From Nitrososphaerota archaeon (GTDB taxonomy: Archaea; Thermoproteota; EX4484-205; JAAOZP01): a stretch of 64,000 nucleotides of DNA. Positions 8,926 through 18,577 of the stretch are shown here, piece after piece. The stretch lies in contig JAAOZP010000009.1 in NCBI GenBank assembly GCA_011605725.1, forward strand, positions 1 to 64,000. The letters are read 5' to 3'. The position numbers and the translations under genes are program-made. Below the pieces are notes generated by a model, which did no database searches, was not told where the DNA came from, and saw only the letters and a program-made list of their open reading frames with translations. The first letter of the stretch is position 1. Each line of letters begins with the position of its first letter.

Positions 8926-9272
8926 TGAGGAGAATAGCGAGCATCCTTTTGATTCTCATCCTTCTCATTACCGAGAATGCGAGCACCCTCGTCAACCCCG
9001 GCGAAACACTGGAGCAGCCTGCAGCCGTTGAGCTCGACACCATCATAAGAGAAATTGAACTAGGAGTTCCTCCTGAAGGTCCTCTCAGCGACAGGGAGTT
9101 CCTAATGCCGGAGGGTGTTTCAATAGACGATGTTAAGAATCTTTGGCGCGTCGCTGCGCCCTTTGTAAGCCATGGTGCTGATGACGACATATTCGTAATG
9201 CTTTCGCAAGCCTGGGGGGAACCATTAGGCTTCCGGACGCGGTTAGGATTGGGAACGATAGCTTCCCCATAA
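8922..9272 (+). CDS. N-terminal, signal-peptide-bearing part of toxin 2 (frameshifted)
   Basis: MMRRIASILLILILL signal peptide; the downstream frame is open from 9185; adding one G to the G6 run at 9214-9219 fuses it to 9407..14308. Confidence 0.65.
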   Translation: MMRRIASILLILILLITENASTLVNPGETLEQPAAVELDTIIREIELGVPPEGPLSDREFLMPEGVSIDDVKNLWRVAAPFVSHGADDDIFVMLSQAWGEPLGFRTRLGLGTIASP

Positions 9273-12200
9273 GGTATGATAAGGCCTATGTTGAGAGGAA
9301 CGGCTTCGGGCAGGTTCTAATCCATATTCCTATCGACGTTCCGCTTTTCCAAACTCTCCCGGCATGGCTACACGTCTACTCTAGGGCGATAGGGGGGAAG
9401 CAGCACTTGGTCTACAACGTTACTGAGACACGGTGGTACAGGATAAGGAGGAGGATAGAGGGCCTCTACAACATAACCTACCTTGACCTTGAAACGGGCG
9501 AGACTAGTAGCGTCCTCTCAAGCCTAAGCCTCGGAGTATACCCTGAGTTTGGGATTGCTGAGGAGCCTCCACAGCCATCATTCCCACCAGGGCTTCTCAA
9601 ATACTTCCCTGGGTACGCGAACCTGACGACAATACCTCCTGGGACAATGATAGACTTTTCAAGGGCTACGCCATCATTCCTCGTCGCCGTCCCGGGACAC
9701 TATGAAGACGTTGACATCCTCGTCCCTGAGCACATGGAGAGCTTCAGAGTACTGTTCCCAGCGTACGACCCCGTTATCTTCGCCGGCTGGCTTGTCGAGA
9801 CAAGCCTCTCATCCAGCAGTGTTGAAACAGGCGACATATTAGAGGTAAGCTACACTGCCACGCCTGTTAACATTGATCCTGATGAGCAGCCTCTCAACGC
9901 CACCCTAACCCTCATCTGCCCAGCGGGCTTCGAGCCCATTGACGGTGTTCAGCGTAAGCTTAACAACACGCATACCTCCGGAAGCTTCAAGCTGAAAGCA
10001 ATCGCTCCGGGCACATACGATTTGACGCTTAAGCTGGATGGCAACGCCTTCTTCCCAGGCTGGCCTCCAACGGACGAGGTCACCTATATCGTCAACGTCG
10101 TCGGCCCGGCTTCGCCCATGGTTGAGGTTAGCCTTGAAGGCGGTGAACCCATGTTTAAACACGTTAACACTACGGTTAGGCTTGAAAACAAGGGTGCTGG
10201 AGAAGCCTTCAACACCATTCTAGAGTTCTCCGGAGACGTTGAGCCCCTTAGAGTAGATGTTGGAAGCATCTCTGCAGGGGGAGGCTGGAGCAAGACTGTT
10301 ACGCTCAGGCTGAAGTCAGCCCTTGCGAATATAAAGGCTAGGGTAACGTTCTTCGATGCCTCGGGGAACAAGTATGTTTCAGAAGGCTTTGCGACGGTTT
10401 TTTCACCAAACTACGTCGTGCCTGAACATTTCGAAGAATACACGCTGAGGGTTCCTGAGCACTTTGAGAAGAGGAGGGTATTCGTCCCCGGCTACGAGGG
10501 CTATACTCATGTTAAAATCTACCATCCCTACTCCGCCTTCGAGATCCCGGGGAGCTTCACCATCGGCTTCGAAGGCATTATTCTTGAGGCTGAGGGAGTA
10601 AAAGTATACACTTCTTTCCTACCTATTGCTGACGAGGGCTTCGAGCTCAGAGTTATTCCGAAAAACCTTACGCTCAACATCTACGGGGATGTTCTCGTGG
10701 GATCCCTCATCCCGGTTCAAGGATTGCAGACAACAGTACCCGTGAAATACGTGGTGACTAGTGTTGAGCCTGCTTTCGAGGAGAAGCTGGTGAGGGAGGA
10801 TGAGGCCAAGAGTATTCTGAACGCAACGGGCTGCGGTGAAGTAAAGGCGCCGGAGGGCTATGAGGTTACTCTTGCTTCTAAACGAGTGGTTAGGAAGCCC
10901 ATCTGGGTTGACACATCAACCTACAGGAGGCTTCAGCAGGAGGGCTTCGGAATAATAAGGGAGGGATGCTACTGGTATGAGGATGGACATAGGGAGGAGT
11001 GGCCCTCCTCCGACGCGGTTTGCGAGTCAACACCATTTGAAAGAGAAGTGTTCGCCAACAGGATTGTACTGGTCTATCATCCGCTTCAGGAAGTCGCCAC
11101 CGGCTCGCTTGCAAGAGGGCTCTGGCTCAGAAACTACGCTACCCAGGACATAGATTACACGATTACTGTTGAGCCAGTCACCCTGCCTCCGTCGAAGCCT
11201 GAAACCGCCACGTTGAAAGCCGGGAAGGCTAGTTGCAAGGAGCTCAGCCTGCTCCTCTTCACAAACACGACTTTCTGGGTTAGGCTTCGTAAGGATGAAA
11301 GGCTTGTGGCCGAGCTCTTCATGCCGAGGGTTCTAAGCCTCCCATTCCCGTTCTCCCTGCAGTGGTGGCGCGGCTTCGCCCTTGGCCTCATCAATAGGAG
11401 CCAGAGGATAATGGTGAACATTATGATGCTCAGCATGGTTGCGATGGTTCCGAGAGAACTGATGCCAGTCATAGCGGTTGCACTAGGTTTCATGAAGGCG
11501 TGCCAAGTCTACAACCAGAGGGGCGAGATCTTCAACGCAACCATGGCGTTGGGGAACCTGATGAGCATGGGACTCATATACCGCGGCATGGCTGACGGCT
11601 ATAGGCTTCAGAATAAGAATGGTTTCGCAGCCGTGTGCAACAACCTTTCTCAAACATTCCTGGAGAAAGCCAGGGAGGTTGCCAGCGACCTTGGCCTCAG
11701 GCTAATCTTGGATGTTTCCCTAGAGGACTTTAAGGTAGCCTTAGGGTTTAGGAGGGCGAGCGAGTTTGAGCAGGGTTATGCTGCGGGCAGAATCGTAGGC
11801 GCGATGGTTGAGGCAGCATCCTACGCAGCCACCTACGCAACAATCTACCACGAGTTTTCAACAGCCAGGGACATGCTTAACGCAGCGGGGCAAGCCGGAG
11901 AATTCTCCGCGGCAGAAGTGTTGAAGAGGTTTGGGCAGGGGCTCTACGCGTGGATAACCCCCGCGATATGGGACCTCGCCGAAACAGGGATAAAACTCGG
12001 AGTGTGGGTTAAGGGCAAACTCAGCCTGCCTGATGTTTCAAAGCTCATCCTGGCAGACCGTTTCAGCAACGAATTCGGCGAGACTGTTGGAAAAGCATTC
12101 CGGAGCCTCCCGGACGGAGGGGAGCCTGAGGATATTGCGAAAGGGGTTTCAAACATTGTCGACAAGGCTACTCTCGACAGTGATGTTCCTGAAAGCGTTG

Positions 12201-14308
12201 GGTCAAGAATACTTGACATCCTGAGCAGAATCAGCAGGGAGTATGTTGGTGAAAAAGACTGGGGGGAGAAGTCTTACCGGACCCTGAAAATCATGGTTGA
12301 AGCATGGAAGAGGGTTAGCGAGCTTGAAGCGTGGAAGAAAGGGGGTGAGCCTGGGAAGCTTCTGATGGACTGGATGGACGGTACTAGTAACGGGAAAGGT
12401 GGAGAGATGGTTACTGTTCTAAGGGGGCTGGCTCAGCTGGGTGACGGTGAGCTTGAAAGCGTAGGAAGAGCTTTAACCAGGGATGGAGACGATTCTGAGA
12501 ATGGGCTTATGCTTTTCAAAACTTACCTCGGCGCTAGGGATGATTATGGCAGGGAGATTGCTGACGCCTTCTTAAACAGCATCTCTAAGCATCCTGAGCT
12601 GTTAAGCCTCTGGAGCGGAGCCGTGGAGGACAGGGCCGCAATATTCATCGGAGCATCCCATGAACAGGATAGGATATCTTTACCGGAGGGTATTCGCGAG
12701 AGTGTTTACCGTGTCATCATACAGGATTCCGAAGGCGAGAACATCCTGATAGACGACTTCAGAAGGATCGGCAGCGGGCAGGAGACTATCCGCTTCTCCT
12801 CCGAGGATACTGCCGGCAGGATAAGGAAGGGCCAAGAATACCTGGTTATTCTTAAGACTGCAACCCCAGGGGACTTTCTCGAGAAATACCCGTCGAGGTT
12901 CGTTAAGGCTACTGGGGGAAACGCCTACTTGATGGATACTGAGAAAAGCAGGGTCGTTGAAGGACTGGTTGGGGAGCTGGACGAGTATGGAGGCTTCGCC
13001 TTCATCAGGTTTATGGTTACAGATGCTGACGGAAAACAGGTTGAGCTCAGGCTAACCCAGGGAGGGAGGCTGATGCTGATCTCCGGCGAAGGGAGAACCA
13101 TGATAGGCGGGGTTGAGTTGAAAACCGTTTGGGACGATGCCGGAGGCGAGGTGGCTAGGCTCCTGTTCCTGCAGGAGGAGGGCCTAGACAGGTACGGCGG
13201 GATAATTGTTCTAAACAGGAGGCTTCCCTTGAGACCCGTGTTGTTCCTGGGCAACGAGGAGCACATTATAGAGATAGAGCTAGGCCAGAAATACCTTGAC
13301 GTAAGCGGGATGCTTAAGAGAATCATAGGCGGCGAAGAATATTCGAGGCTCAGCGGAGAAATGAGCAGCGGGGACGCGGTTCTTGGAGTAGCTTACCTTA
13401 AGCAGGATGGCGGAGTAGATTCAGCGTGGACCCGGAGCGCTGACGCGGAGTTCAAGATTAAGGAGGCGGAGGATGTGCTCGGCCTAATTATTGTAAGGAA
13501 GAACGGTCTTAGCGCGGTGAGCCTCGACGAGAGTGTTAGAGCAGAGCTTTCCGGCGAATCCCTGAAGTTCCATGGTGTCAAGGGGATGAGCGGGGGCGCC
13601 GCATTCAGGGTGAGTGAAGCCCGCTTCAGGGAGCTCAGCGGGTATGGTCCGATTCTCGAGATTACTCTGCCGAGCGGCGAGGCTATTCTGTTCCGCGTTG
13701 ACGTGGGTGGAGACGGTAAAACAGTATACTCGAAGCTAGCCTTAGCAGTGGAACGGTATGCGCCTGAGATAAACCCGGTTGAATACTACGGCGAGCTCAA
13801 GTTTAAACTGAGCGAGGGTGGCCAAACTTTCGAGTATACTCTAAGGGACTTGATGGTCGTCGAGTATGAGGACAGCAGGGGCATTCATAGAAGCGTAGTT
13901 GGCTTAAGTGAGCCTCTTCCGGATAAAGTATTGAAGGAACCTCAGCATGTTGCTGCGAAGCTATTTACTAAGTCATTTTTGGAGAAGCAGGGATACAATA
14001 TTTTAGAAGAAGAAAAACATCTTGAATGGTGGGATGAGGATGTGTTCTTCGATTTCCACGTGGAAACACCCGATATGAAAATAGCGATAGTTGAATGCAA
14101 GCATGGTGACGAAACTGTTAGTAAGATAAAGCAGGCGGATAAGTATTTTGAAATTGCTAGGGGAAAAGGCTGGAAACTGATTTACAGCTTCCTGCATGCT
14201 CCCCAGACCCCTCAGGCCGAGGAATTGCTTAATCACTTGGTCGAGCTTATGAGGCAGTACCCAGACACAGTAGAGGTTTTTATAAGTGGAGAGAAATATG
14301 GAGGGTAG
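9221..14308 (+). CDS. Giant putative polymorphic toxin 2: Ig/CARDB-like region, hydrophobic helices, C-terminal PD-(D/E)xK nuclease
   Basis: VRLENKGAGEAFN..VGSISAG (CARDB-like), central hydrophobic helices, and tip LEKQGY..E..FDF..AIVECK..QADKY; open frame extends upstream of the 9407 TTG. Confidence 0.75.
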   Translation, partial: TIRLPDAVRIGNDSFPIRYDKAYVERNGFGQVLIHIPIDVPLFQTLPAWLHVYSRAIGGKQHLVYNVTETRWYRIRRRIEGLYNITYLDLETGETSSVLSSLSLGVYPEFGIAEEPPQPSFPPGLLKYFPGYANLTTIPPGTMIDFSRATPSFLVAVPGHYEDVDILVPEHMESFRVLFPAYDPVIFAGWLVETSLSSSSVETGDILEVSYTATPVNIDPDEQPLNATLTLICPAGFEPIDGVQRKLNNTHTSGSFKLKAIAPGTYDLTLKLDGNAFFPGWPPTDEVTYIVNVVGPASPMVEVSLEGGEPMFKHVNTTVRLENKGAGEAFNTILEFSGDVEPLRVDVGSISAGGGWSKTVTLRLKSALANIKARVTFFDASGNKYVSEGFATVFSPNYVVPEHFEEYTLRVPEHFEKRRVFVPGYEGYTHVKIYHPYSAFEIPGSFTIGFEGIILEAEGVKVYTSFLPIADEGFELRVIPKNLTLNIYGDVLVGSLIPVQGLQTTVPVKYVVTSVEPAFEEKLVREDEAKSILNATGCGEVKAPEGYEVTLASKRVVRKPIWVDTSTYRRLQQEGFGIIREGCYWYEDGHREEWPSSDAVCESTPFEREVFANRIVLVYHPLQEVATGSLARGLWLRNYATQDIDYTITVEPVTLPPSKPETATLKAGKASCKELSLLLFTNTTFWVRLRKDERLVAELFMPRVLSLPFPFSLQWWRGFALGLINRSQRIMVNIMMLSMVAMVPRELMPVIAVALGFMKACQVYNQRGEIFNATMALGNLMSMGLIYRGMADGYRLQNKNGFAAVCNNLSQTFLEKAREVASDLGLRLILDVSLEDFKVALGFRRASEFEQGYAAGRIVGAMVEAASYAATYATIYHEFSTARDMLNAAGQAGEFSAAEVLKRFGQGLYAWITPAIWDLAETGIKLGVWVKGKLSLPDVSKLILADRFSNEFGETVGKAFRSLPDGGEPEDIAKGVSNIVDKATLDSDVPESVGSRILDILSRISREYVGEKDWGEKSYRTLKIMVEAWKRVSELEAWKKGGEPGKLLMDWMDGTSNGKGGEMVTVLRGLAQLGDGELESVGRALTRDGDDSENGLMLFKTYLGARDDYGREIADAFLNSISKHPELLSLWSGAVEDRAAIFIGASHEQDRISLPEGIRESVYRVIIQDSEGENILIDDFRRIGSGQETIRFSSEDTAGRIRKGQEYLVILKTATPGDFLEKYPSRFVKATGGNAYLMDTEKSRVVEGLVGELDEYGGFAFIRFMVTDADGKQVELRLTQGGRLMLISGEGRTMIGGVELKTVWDDAGGEVARLLFLQEEGLDRYGGIIVLNRRLPLRPVLFLGNEEHIIEIELGQKYLDVSGMLKRIIGGEEYSRLSGEMSSGDAVLGVAYLKQDGGVDSAWTRSADAEFKIKEAEDVLGLIIVRKNGLSAVSLDESVRAELSGESLKFHGVKGMSGGAAFRVSEARFRELSGYGPILEITLPSGEAILFRVDVGGDGKTVYSKLALAVERYAPEINPVEYYGELKFKLSEGGQTFEYTLRDLMVVEYEDSRGIHRSVVGLSEPLPDKVLKEPQHVAAKLFTKSFLEKQGYNILEEEKHLEWWDEDVFFDFHVETPDMKIAIVECKHGDETVSKIKQADKYFEIARGKGWKLIYSFLHAPQTPQAEELLNHLVELMRQYPDTVEVFISGEKYGG

Positions 14309-14314
14309 AGAAGA

Positions 14315-14902
14315 ATGACGGAGTATTGGATAGTGGTCAAGCCTGCGCCTAAAACTCCAAGAAAGATAAGGGAGAGGTTGAAACACATATCGATGTCAGC
14401 GGTAGGATCTTGGCGCATGAAAAGTAAGGGATTGAAGTATATTCCTGCTATCATCGATTCCGCTTACGCTTGGGGGGAGAAGGAGGTTGAGGAGGCTAAG
14501 AAGGACCCGGTCGTCTCCTACCTAATGGGTAAGGTGGAGGTCATGATTAAGAAGTGCCGAGACAACATAAGAGCCAACCCCAAAACGCTTGGGCCAGATT
14601 TCAAGATTTTCTGGCCCGTGGAAGTTCTAGACCTTGAGGAGGTTAGGAAAGAACTGGAGATACTATTAACGAGAGAACTGTTTTCAAAGGATAATCCTGA
14701 AGATAGACGGATAGCGGAGGAAGATATTAAAAGAACTGATCTGGCTATTGGGGAGGAAGGGATGAAGTCTGAACAACGTATCGACTCTCGCATCGATTTC
14801 TTTAATAGGAATATGAGGAAATGGGGTGAGTTCTTTAAGGAGGTTTATGAGGTCTATAAGCAGTATAATGTTAAAATGTGGCTTCACATAGAGGGAGTGT
14901 AA
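14315..14902 (+). CDS. Putative cognate immunity protein of toxin 2
   Basis: 195 aa ORF 6 nt after the toxin stop; duplicated together with the toxin tip at 6424..7222. Confidence 0.7.
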   Translation: MTEYWIVVKPAPKTPRKIRERLKHISMSAVGSWRMKSKGLKYIPAIIDSAYAWGEKEVEEAKKDPVVSYLMGKVEVMIKKCRDNIRANPKTLGPDFKIFWPVEVLDLEEVRKELEILLTRELFSKDNPEDRRIAEEDIKRTDLAIGEEGMKSEQRIDSRIDFFNRNMRKWGEFFKEVYEVYKQYNVKMWLHIEGV

Positions 14903-14969
14903 GCGCGCGCTGAAATCCATTATCTTTCTTTTCCTTTAACCTTAATAAAATGCTAGATGTGTCCCATCC

Positions 14970-15642
14970 TTAGATTAATAATAAGAAAATTGGTACTGGT
15001 ACTTTAAGATAGCTTCTCTTTACTTCAAGCGAGTCTTTAGTCAGTAATAAGCCTTTAGAAGATTTACCTCCTTTTTGAAAATCTATAATACTGAAACCAT
15101 TTTCACTGCTAACCTTTGACTGATATTTAACCTCTATTGGTGAGTAATGGTCACCCATCTTAAGAACAGAATCGAGTTCACGTTTTCTTTGACTTCGCCA
15201 ATAGAATAACAAAACAGTATAGTCGAATTGTGTAGATGGGTAATAGCTGAAAAGTAATCTAATTAGGTGATTAGCTATAACCGATTCTGTTATTTTTCCG
15301 GGTTCTTCTTGCTTCTTCAGATATTGTAGGGTTTCATCATACGGTTCTCTGCCTAGAGCCCATGATCGTAAAGCATGAAAAATAAACGGGTCTTCAAAGT
15401 GAAACTTTTTTCTTTCTAAATGCAGGAACATCTCTATTTCGATCTAACTCATAGATCATACTAATAGCGAAGCTGTTTCTAAGAAAATCCACATAAGACA
15501 ATACAGTGTGATGCAATCCTATTTCAGTTCCTTCACCTAAGGTATTAAAGCCAACGGGTGATGTTAAAGTTTCATCTAGCCTCTTGACGATCTGCCGTAT
15601 AAACATCTCATTACCTTGCCATTTCTGAATGTCTTTAAATAA
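14970..15642 (-). pseudogene. COG1373-type AAA+ ATPase, C-terminal DUF4143 fragment (frameshifted)
   Basis: FKDIQKWQGNEMFIRQI..HTVLSYVDFL..RKKK/FHFEDPFIFHAL..ESVIANHL..YWR..ELD..PIEVKY; shift in the A-run near 15410. Confidence 0.8.
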
Positions 15643-15659
15643 TTATTCTAAATATGTTT

Positions 15660-16391
15660 TTATCCAGATACTCTTCTAGCCTTCTTCCTACCAGTCTTCC
15701 TCGGAGCGATCAAGCCAACCTTAGCACCAGGCGGAGCATTACGACTAACAGACGAAGGACCCCCCACATGCTGATGCCTTCCCCCGCCGAATTTGTGATA
15801 CACACTTATCATTGCTACTCCTCTTACTATTGGGTAGTGTCTTCCTTTGCTTTTCATGAGTTTGCGTTTTGTTCCCGCTTTGAGGAATGGTTTTTCTGTT
15901 CTTCCTCCTCCTGCTATTACTCCGATTGTTCCGAGGGAGTTTGCGTCTACGATGAATGTTCTTGCTTTAGGGTCTTGTAGTATGGCTGTTCCGTTTGTTT
16001 TTCCGATTAAGACTGCGTAGTTGCCTGAGGCTCTGAAGAGTGCTCCGCCGTCTGAGGGTTTTCGTTCAATGTTTGAAAGCATTATTCCTTCTGGCGCTTC
16101 GCTGAGCGGGATTATGTTTCCTACTGCTAGTGGGCTTCCTGGTCCTATTGATATTCTTTGGCCGACGTACATTGATTCTACTGCAACCGTGTAGAAGGTT
16201 TTTCCGTTGTCGAGCCTGATTTCTGCTAGGGGTGCTCCTCTTCCCGGGTCGTGGTGTAGTGCGACAAGGGTTCCTTCGAGTCTTTCTCCTTTTGCTAGTG
16301 TTGGGTATTTGGCTGGTGCGACTCTTCTGTGGGTTGGGGCCATGAAGTTTGGTGATGCGCCGCGCCTCCTTACTATTGGCCTCTTGCCCAT
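15660..16391 (-). CDS. rpl2: 50S ribosomal protein L2 (uL2)
   Basis: HDPGRGAPLA, VRGVAM, APPGAKVGLIA motifs. Confidence 0.98.
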   Translation of the reverse strand: MGKRPIVRRRGASPNFMAPTHRRVAPAKYPTLAKGERLEGTLVALHHDPGRGAPLAEIRLDNGKTFYTVAVESMYVGQRISIGPGSPLAVGNIIPLSEAPEGIMLSNIERKPSDGGALFRASGNYAVLIGKTNGTAILQDPKARTFIVDANSLGTIGVIAGGGRTEKPFLKAGTKRKLMKSKGRHYPIVRGVAMISVYHKFGGGRHQHVGGPSSVSRNAPPGAKVGLIAPRKTGRKKARRVSG

Positions 16392-16407
16392 TTAGCCATC
16401 ATCCTCC

Positions 16408-16668
16408 TTAAACTATTTTAAGCTTGCTTGCAAGGTCCATTGCGCTGTATTCTTTAGCTAGTTTGACCACGGCTTTCTTCTCTCCAGATATGCTTCTTAT
16501 GATGTTGACTTTTTCAACCTTAACGTTGAAAGTCTTCTCAACAGCCTCTTTAACACTGTTTTTATCCGCTTTGGGGTCAACTATGAATATCAGCTTGTTC
16601 TCCTTCTCGATGAGTCTGAAGGATTTTTCCGTTGAAACCGGCCTGATTATGACGCTATTTTGAGACAT
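16408..16668 (-). CDS. rpl23: 50S ribosomal protein L23 (uL23)
   Basis: TEKS..IEKENKLIFIVD..KKAVVKL; gene order. Confidence 0.97.
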   Translation of the reverse strand: MSQNSVIIRPVSTEKSFRLIEKENKLIFIVDPKADKNSVKEAVEKTFNVKVEKVNIIRSISGEKKAVVKLAKEYSAMDLASKLKIV

Positions 16669-17455
16669 ATTTTCTCACCTTTTCAACAATGTTTTCAAGG
16701 GCTGGGAGTGTCCATATTGTTAGTCTCCCCGGGGCTCCTCCGGGTGCGAGATCCATTACTGAAAGCTTCTCCGGTGTTCTGACGTCTACCCCGGGTATTC
16801 CTGAGGCTGCTTTAACAACGCTGGCCTTATTGTTTGAAACTATTATCAAGGGGCCGATTCTCCTTCTTAACCTCCTCCCCCTCCACTTTGATTTCCCACA
16901 TCTAACTCTCGGCCTGCCGTAGATTCTTTCAAGCTCCTGCTCTAAACCTATTTTCTCAAGGAGCTTAAGTAGTTCACGTGTCTTAGAAATGTTTTCAAAC
17001 TCTTTCGTGAAGACTATTGGGATGCTTGCTGAGCCAGGTCTGTGGCCTCTTTTCTCAACAACCTCCTTCTTGAAGACTGCTGATAATGCTGAAACAAAGG
17101 CCTTCCTATACTCCTTCCTGTTTATCTCCTTCCTTATCTTCTTCTCGACGCGCGGCGGATGTGTAACCCTGCCTTTAACAGTCATCGGGGCGAACCTGGC
17201 GACTCCTCTCTCGGTCCTGGGTACTCTAGCTATGCCGTAGCCGACTCCCCAGCTTTCAGCAGTGGTTCTCTTACCTGCCATCGGGTCCCTGCCCTGCGGC
17301 TGGAGCCTCCTAGACTGCTGGGCTAGGAAGGCTCTCCTTATCAAAAAATCCTCTACTTCAAACATTGTTATGAATGATGGGAGTGATGCTTCCCCGTCTT
17401 CCTCGCCGTCAGCCTTGAGAACCCTTATCTTCACTTCCTCCTGCATGCTCATCAT
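16655..17455 (-). CDS. rpl4: 50S ribosomal protein L4 (uL4)
   Basis: AESWGVGYGIARVPR, LAPGGAPGRLTIWT. Confidence 0.98.
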   Translation of the reverse strand: MMSMQEEVKIRVLKADGEEDGEASLPSFITMFEVEDFLIRRAFLAQQSRRLQPQGRDPMAGKRTTAESWGVGYGIARVPRTERGVARFAPMTVKGRVTHPPRVEKKIRKEINRKEYRKAFVSALSAVFKKEVVEKRGHRPGSASIPIVFTKEFENISKTRELLKLLEKIGLEQELERIYGRPRVRCGKSKWRGRRLRRRIGPLIIVSNNKASVVKAASGIPGVDVRTPEKLSVMDLAPGGAPGRLTIWTLPALENIVEKVRKYVSK

Positions 17456-18462
17456 ACTGCTACAGGCCTCCTTATGTTGACGTATGTTAAGACAGGTGGC
17501 TGCTTAGGCTTAACGTCATGCTTTCTCGCTGAAACCCTTATTTTAACAAGCCTCTTGGGGGTGCCTGGGACACTGCCGTTTAAGATGACTGCTTGACTCT
17601 TTATCACACCATACTTGTGGAACCCTCCGGCAGGATTAATCTCGCCAGGGTTTTCAACAATCTTTAGAACCTGCAGGTTTCTAACCATTCTCTGCATGTA
17701 TCCCGTTTGACCAGGCCTTGGCACAGTGTACATTACTCCAGCGGGTTTCCACGGTCCCAGTGTAGCTATGCCTCTTCTCGTCTTGTTACTCTTCCTGTCG
17801 AGAATCTTAACCCGAAACCTTTTCACAACACCCTGAAAACCCTTCCCCTTGGTTACTGCGAAAACATCCACGTAAGCCCCCTCCTCCAGAACATTCTTCG
17901 CGTAAACCTCTCTGCCGAGTAGGGACATGGCGTAGCTGATCCTCTCACTCATGCTTCCGCCTCCGACACCTATTTCGAAAACCTCAGGCGTCTTCTTCCC
18001 TAAGCCGGCGAGATGTGGCTGCGTCGCCACTATGACCCTGACCTCTCTTGTCTTCTCAGCAATACCTTCTGGAGCACGTGGCTCCGCCGCCTCCTCACTT
18101 TTGCCCAGCGTGTTTATCCTCCTCTTAAGGTTCTCAGGAAGGTTTTTAGCCCATCCTTCCCAAATAACTCTTAAACCCTGTGGACTGTTGCCGTAGAGCC
18201 TTACTCCAACGATGCTTAACGGCGGTGTTTCAATAATCGTGATCGGGGTGAAAACCTCCTTCCCCTTGAAAGGAGAGGACTCGGAGGTGTCTATCGTGAA
18301 GCCGTGCGTCATACCTACTCGGTAGCCGGCGAAGCCTAGAAGCCTTGTTTCACCGTCAACCTCCGGCCAGAACCTTATCCGGGGGGTTAGCCTTTTAAAC
18401 CGTGCTCTAGGACGGAACGCGAGCGAACCGTGTCTCGGAGCACTTTGCTTCCTATGACCCAT
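17452..18462 (-). CDS. rpl3: 50S ribosomal protein L3 (uL3)
   Basis: PRHGSLAFRPR, TKGKGFQGVVKR. Confidence 0.98.
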   Translation of the reverse strand: MGHRKQSAPRHGSLAFRPRARFKRLTPRIRFWPEVDGETRLLGFAGYRVGMTHGFTIDTSESSPFKGKEVFTPITIIETPPLSIVGVRLYGNSPQGLRVIWEGWAKNLPENLKRRINTLGKSEEAAEPRAPEGIAEKTREVRVIVATQPHLAGLGKKTPEVFEIGVGGGSMSERISYAMSLLGREVYAKNVLEEGAYVDVFAVTKGKGFQGVVKRFRVKILDRKSNKTRRGIATLGPWKPAGVMYTVPRPGQTGYMQRMVRNLQVLKIVENPGEINPAGGFHKYGVIKSQAVILNGSVPGTPKRLVKIRVSARKHDVKPKQPPVLTYVNIRRPVAV

Positions 18463-18577
18463 CTCGGTAATCCCCTTTTAATCAGCGTGGTTGTCAAAGG
18501 AATGAGCGACCCGTTTTAACCTTTTCCCTTTGCAGAATGAAACCTGTTGGAGGCTTTTTCCCATTGTAAACCCGTGT

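Noticed and set aside
9185-9272. BHB intron as the explanation for the toxin 2 frameshift
   Set aside because: The local hairpin has no 3-nt bulges flanking a 4-bp helix; a single-base indel in the G run is simpler.
1-14308. Giant proteins as S-layer proteins or plain adhesins
   Set aside because: This does not explain the nuclease-like variable tips, coupled follower genes or the orphan tip cassette, and there is no C-terminal membrane anchor.
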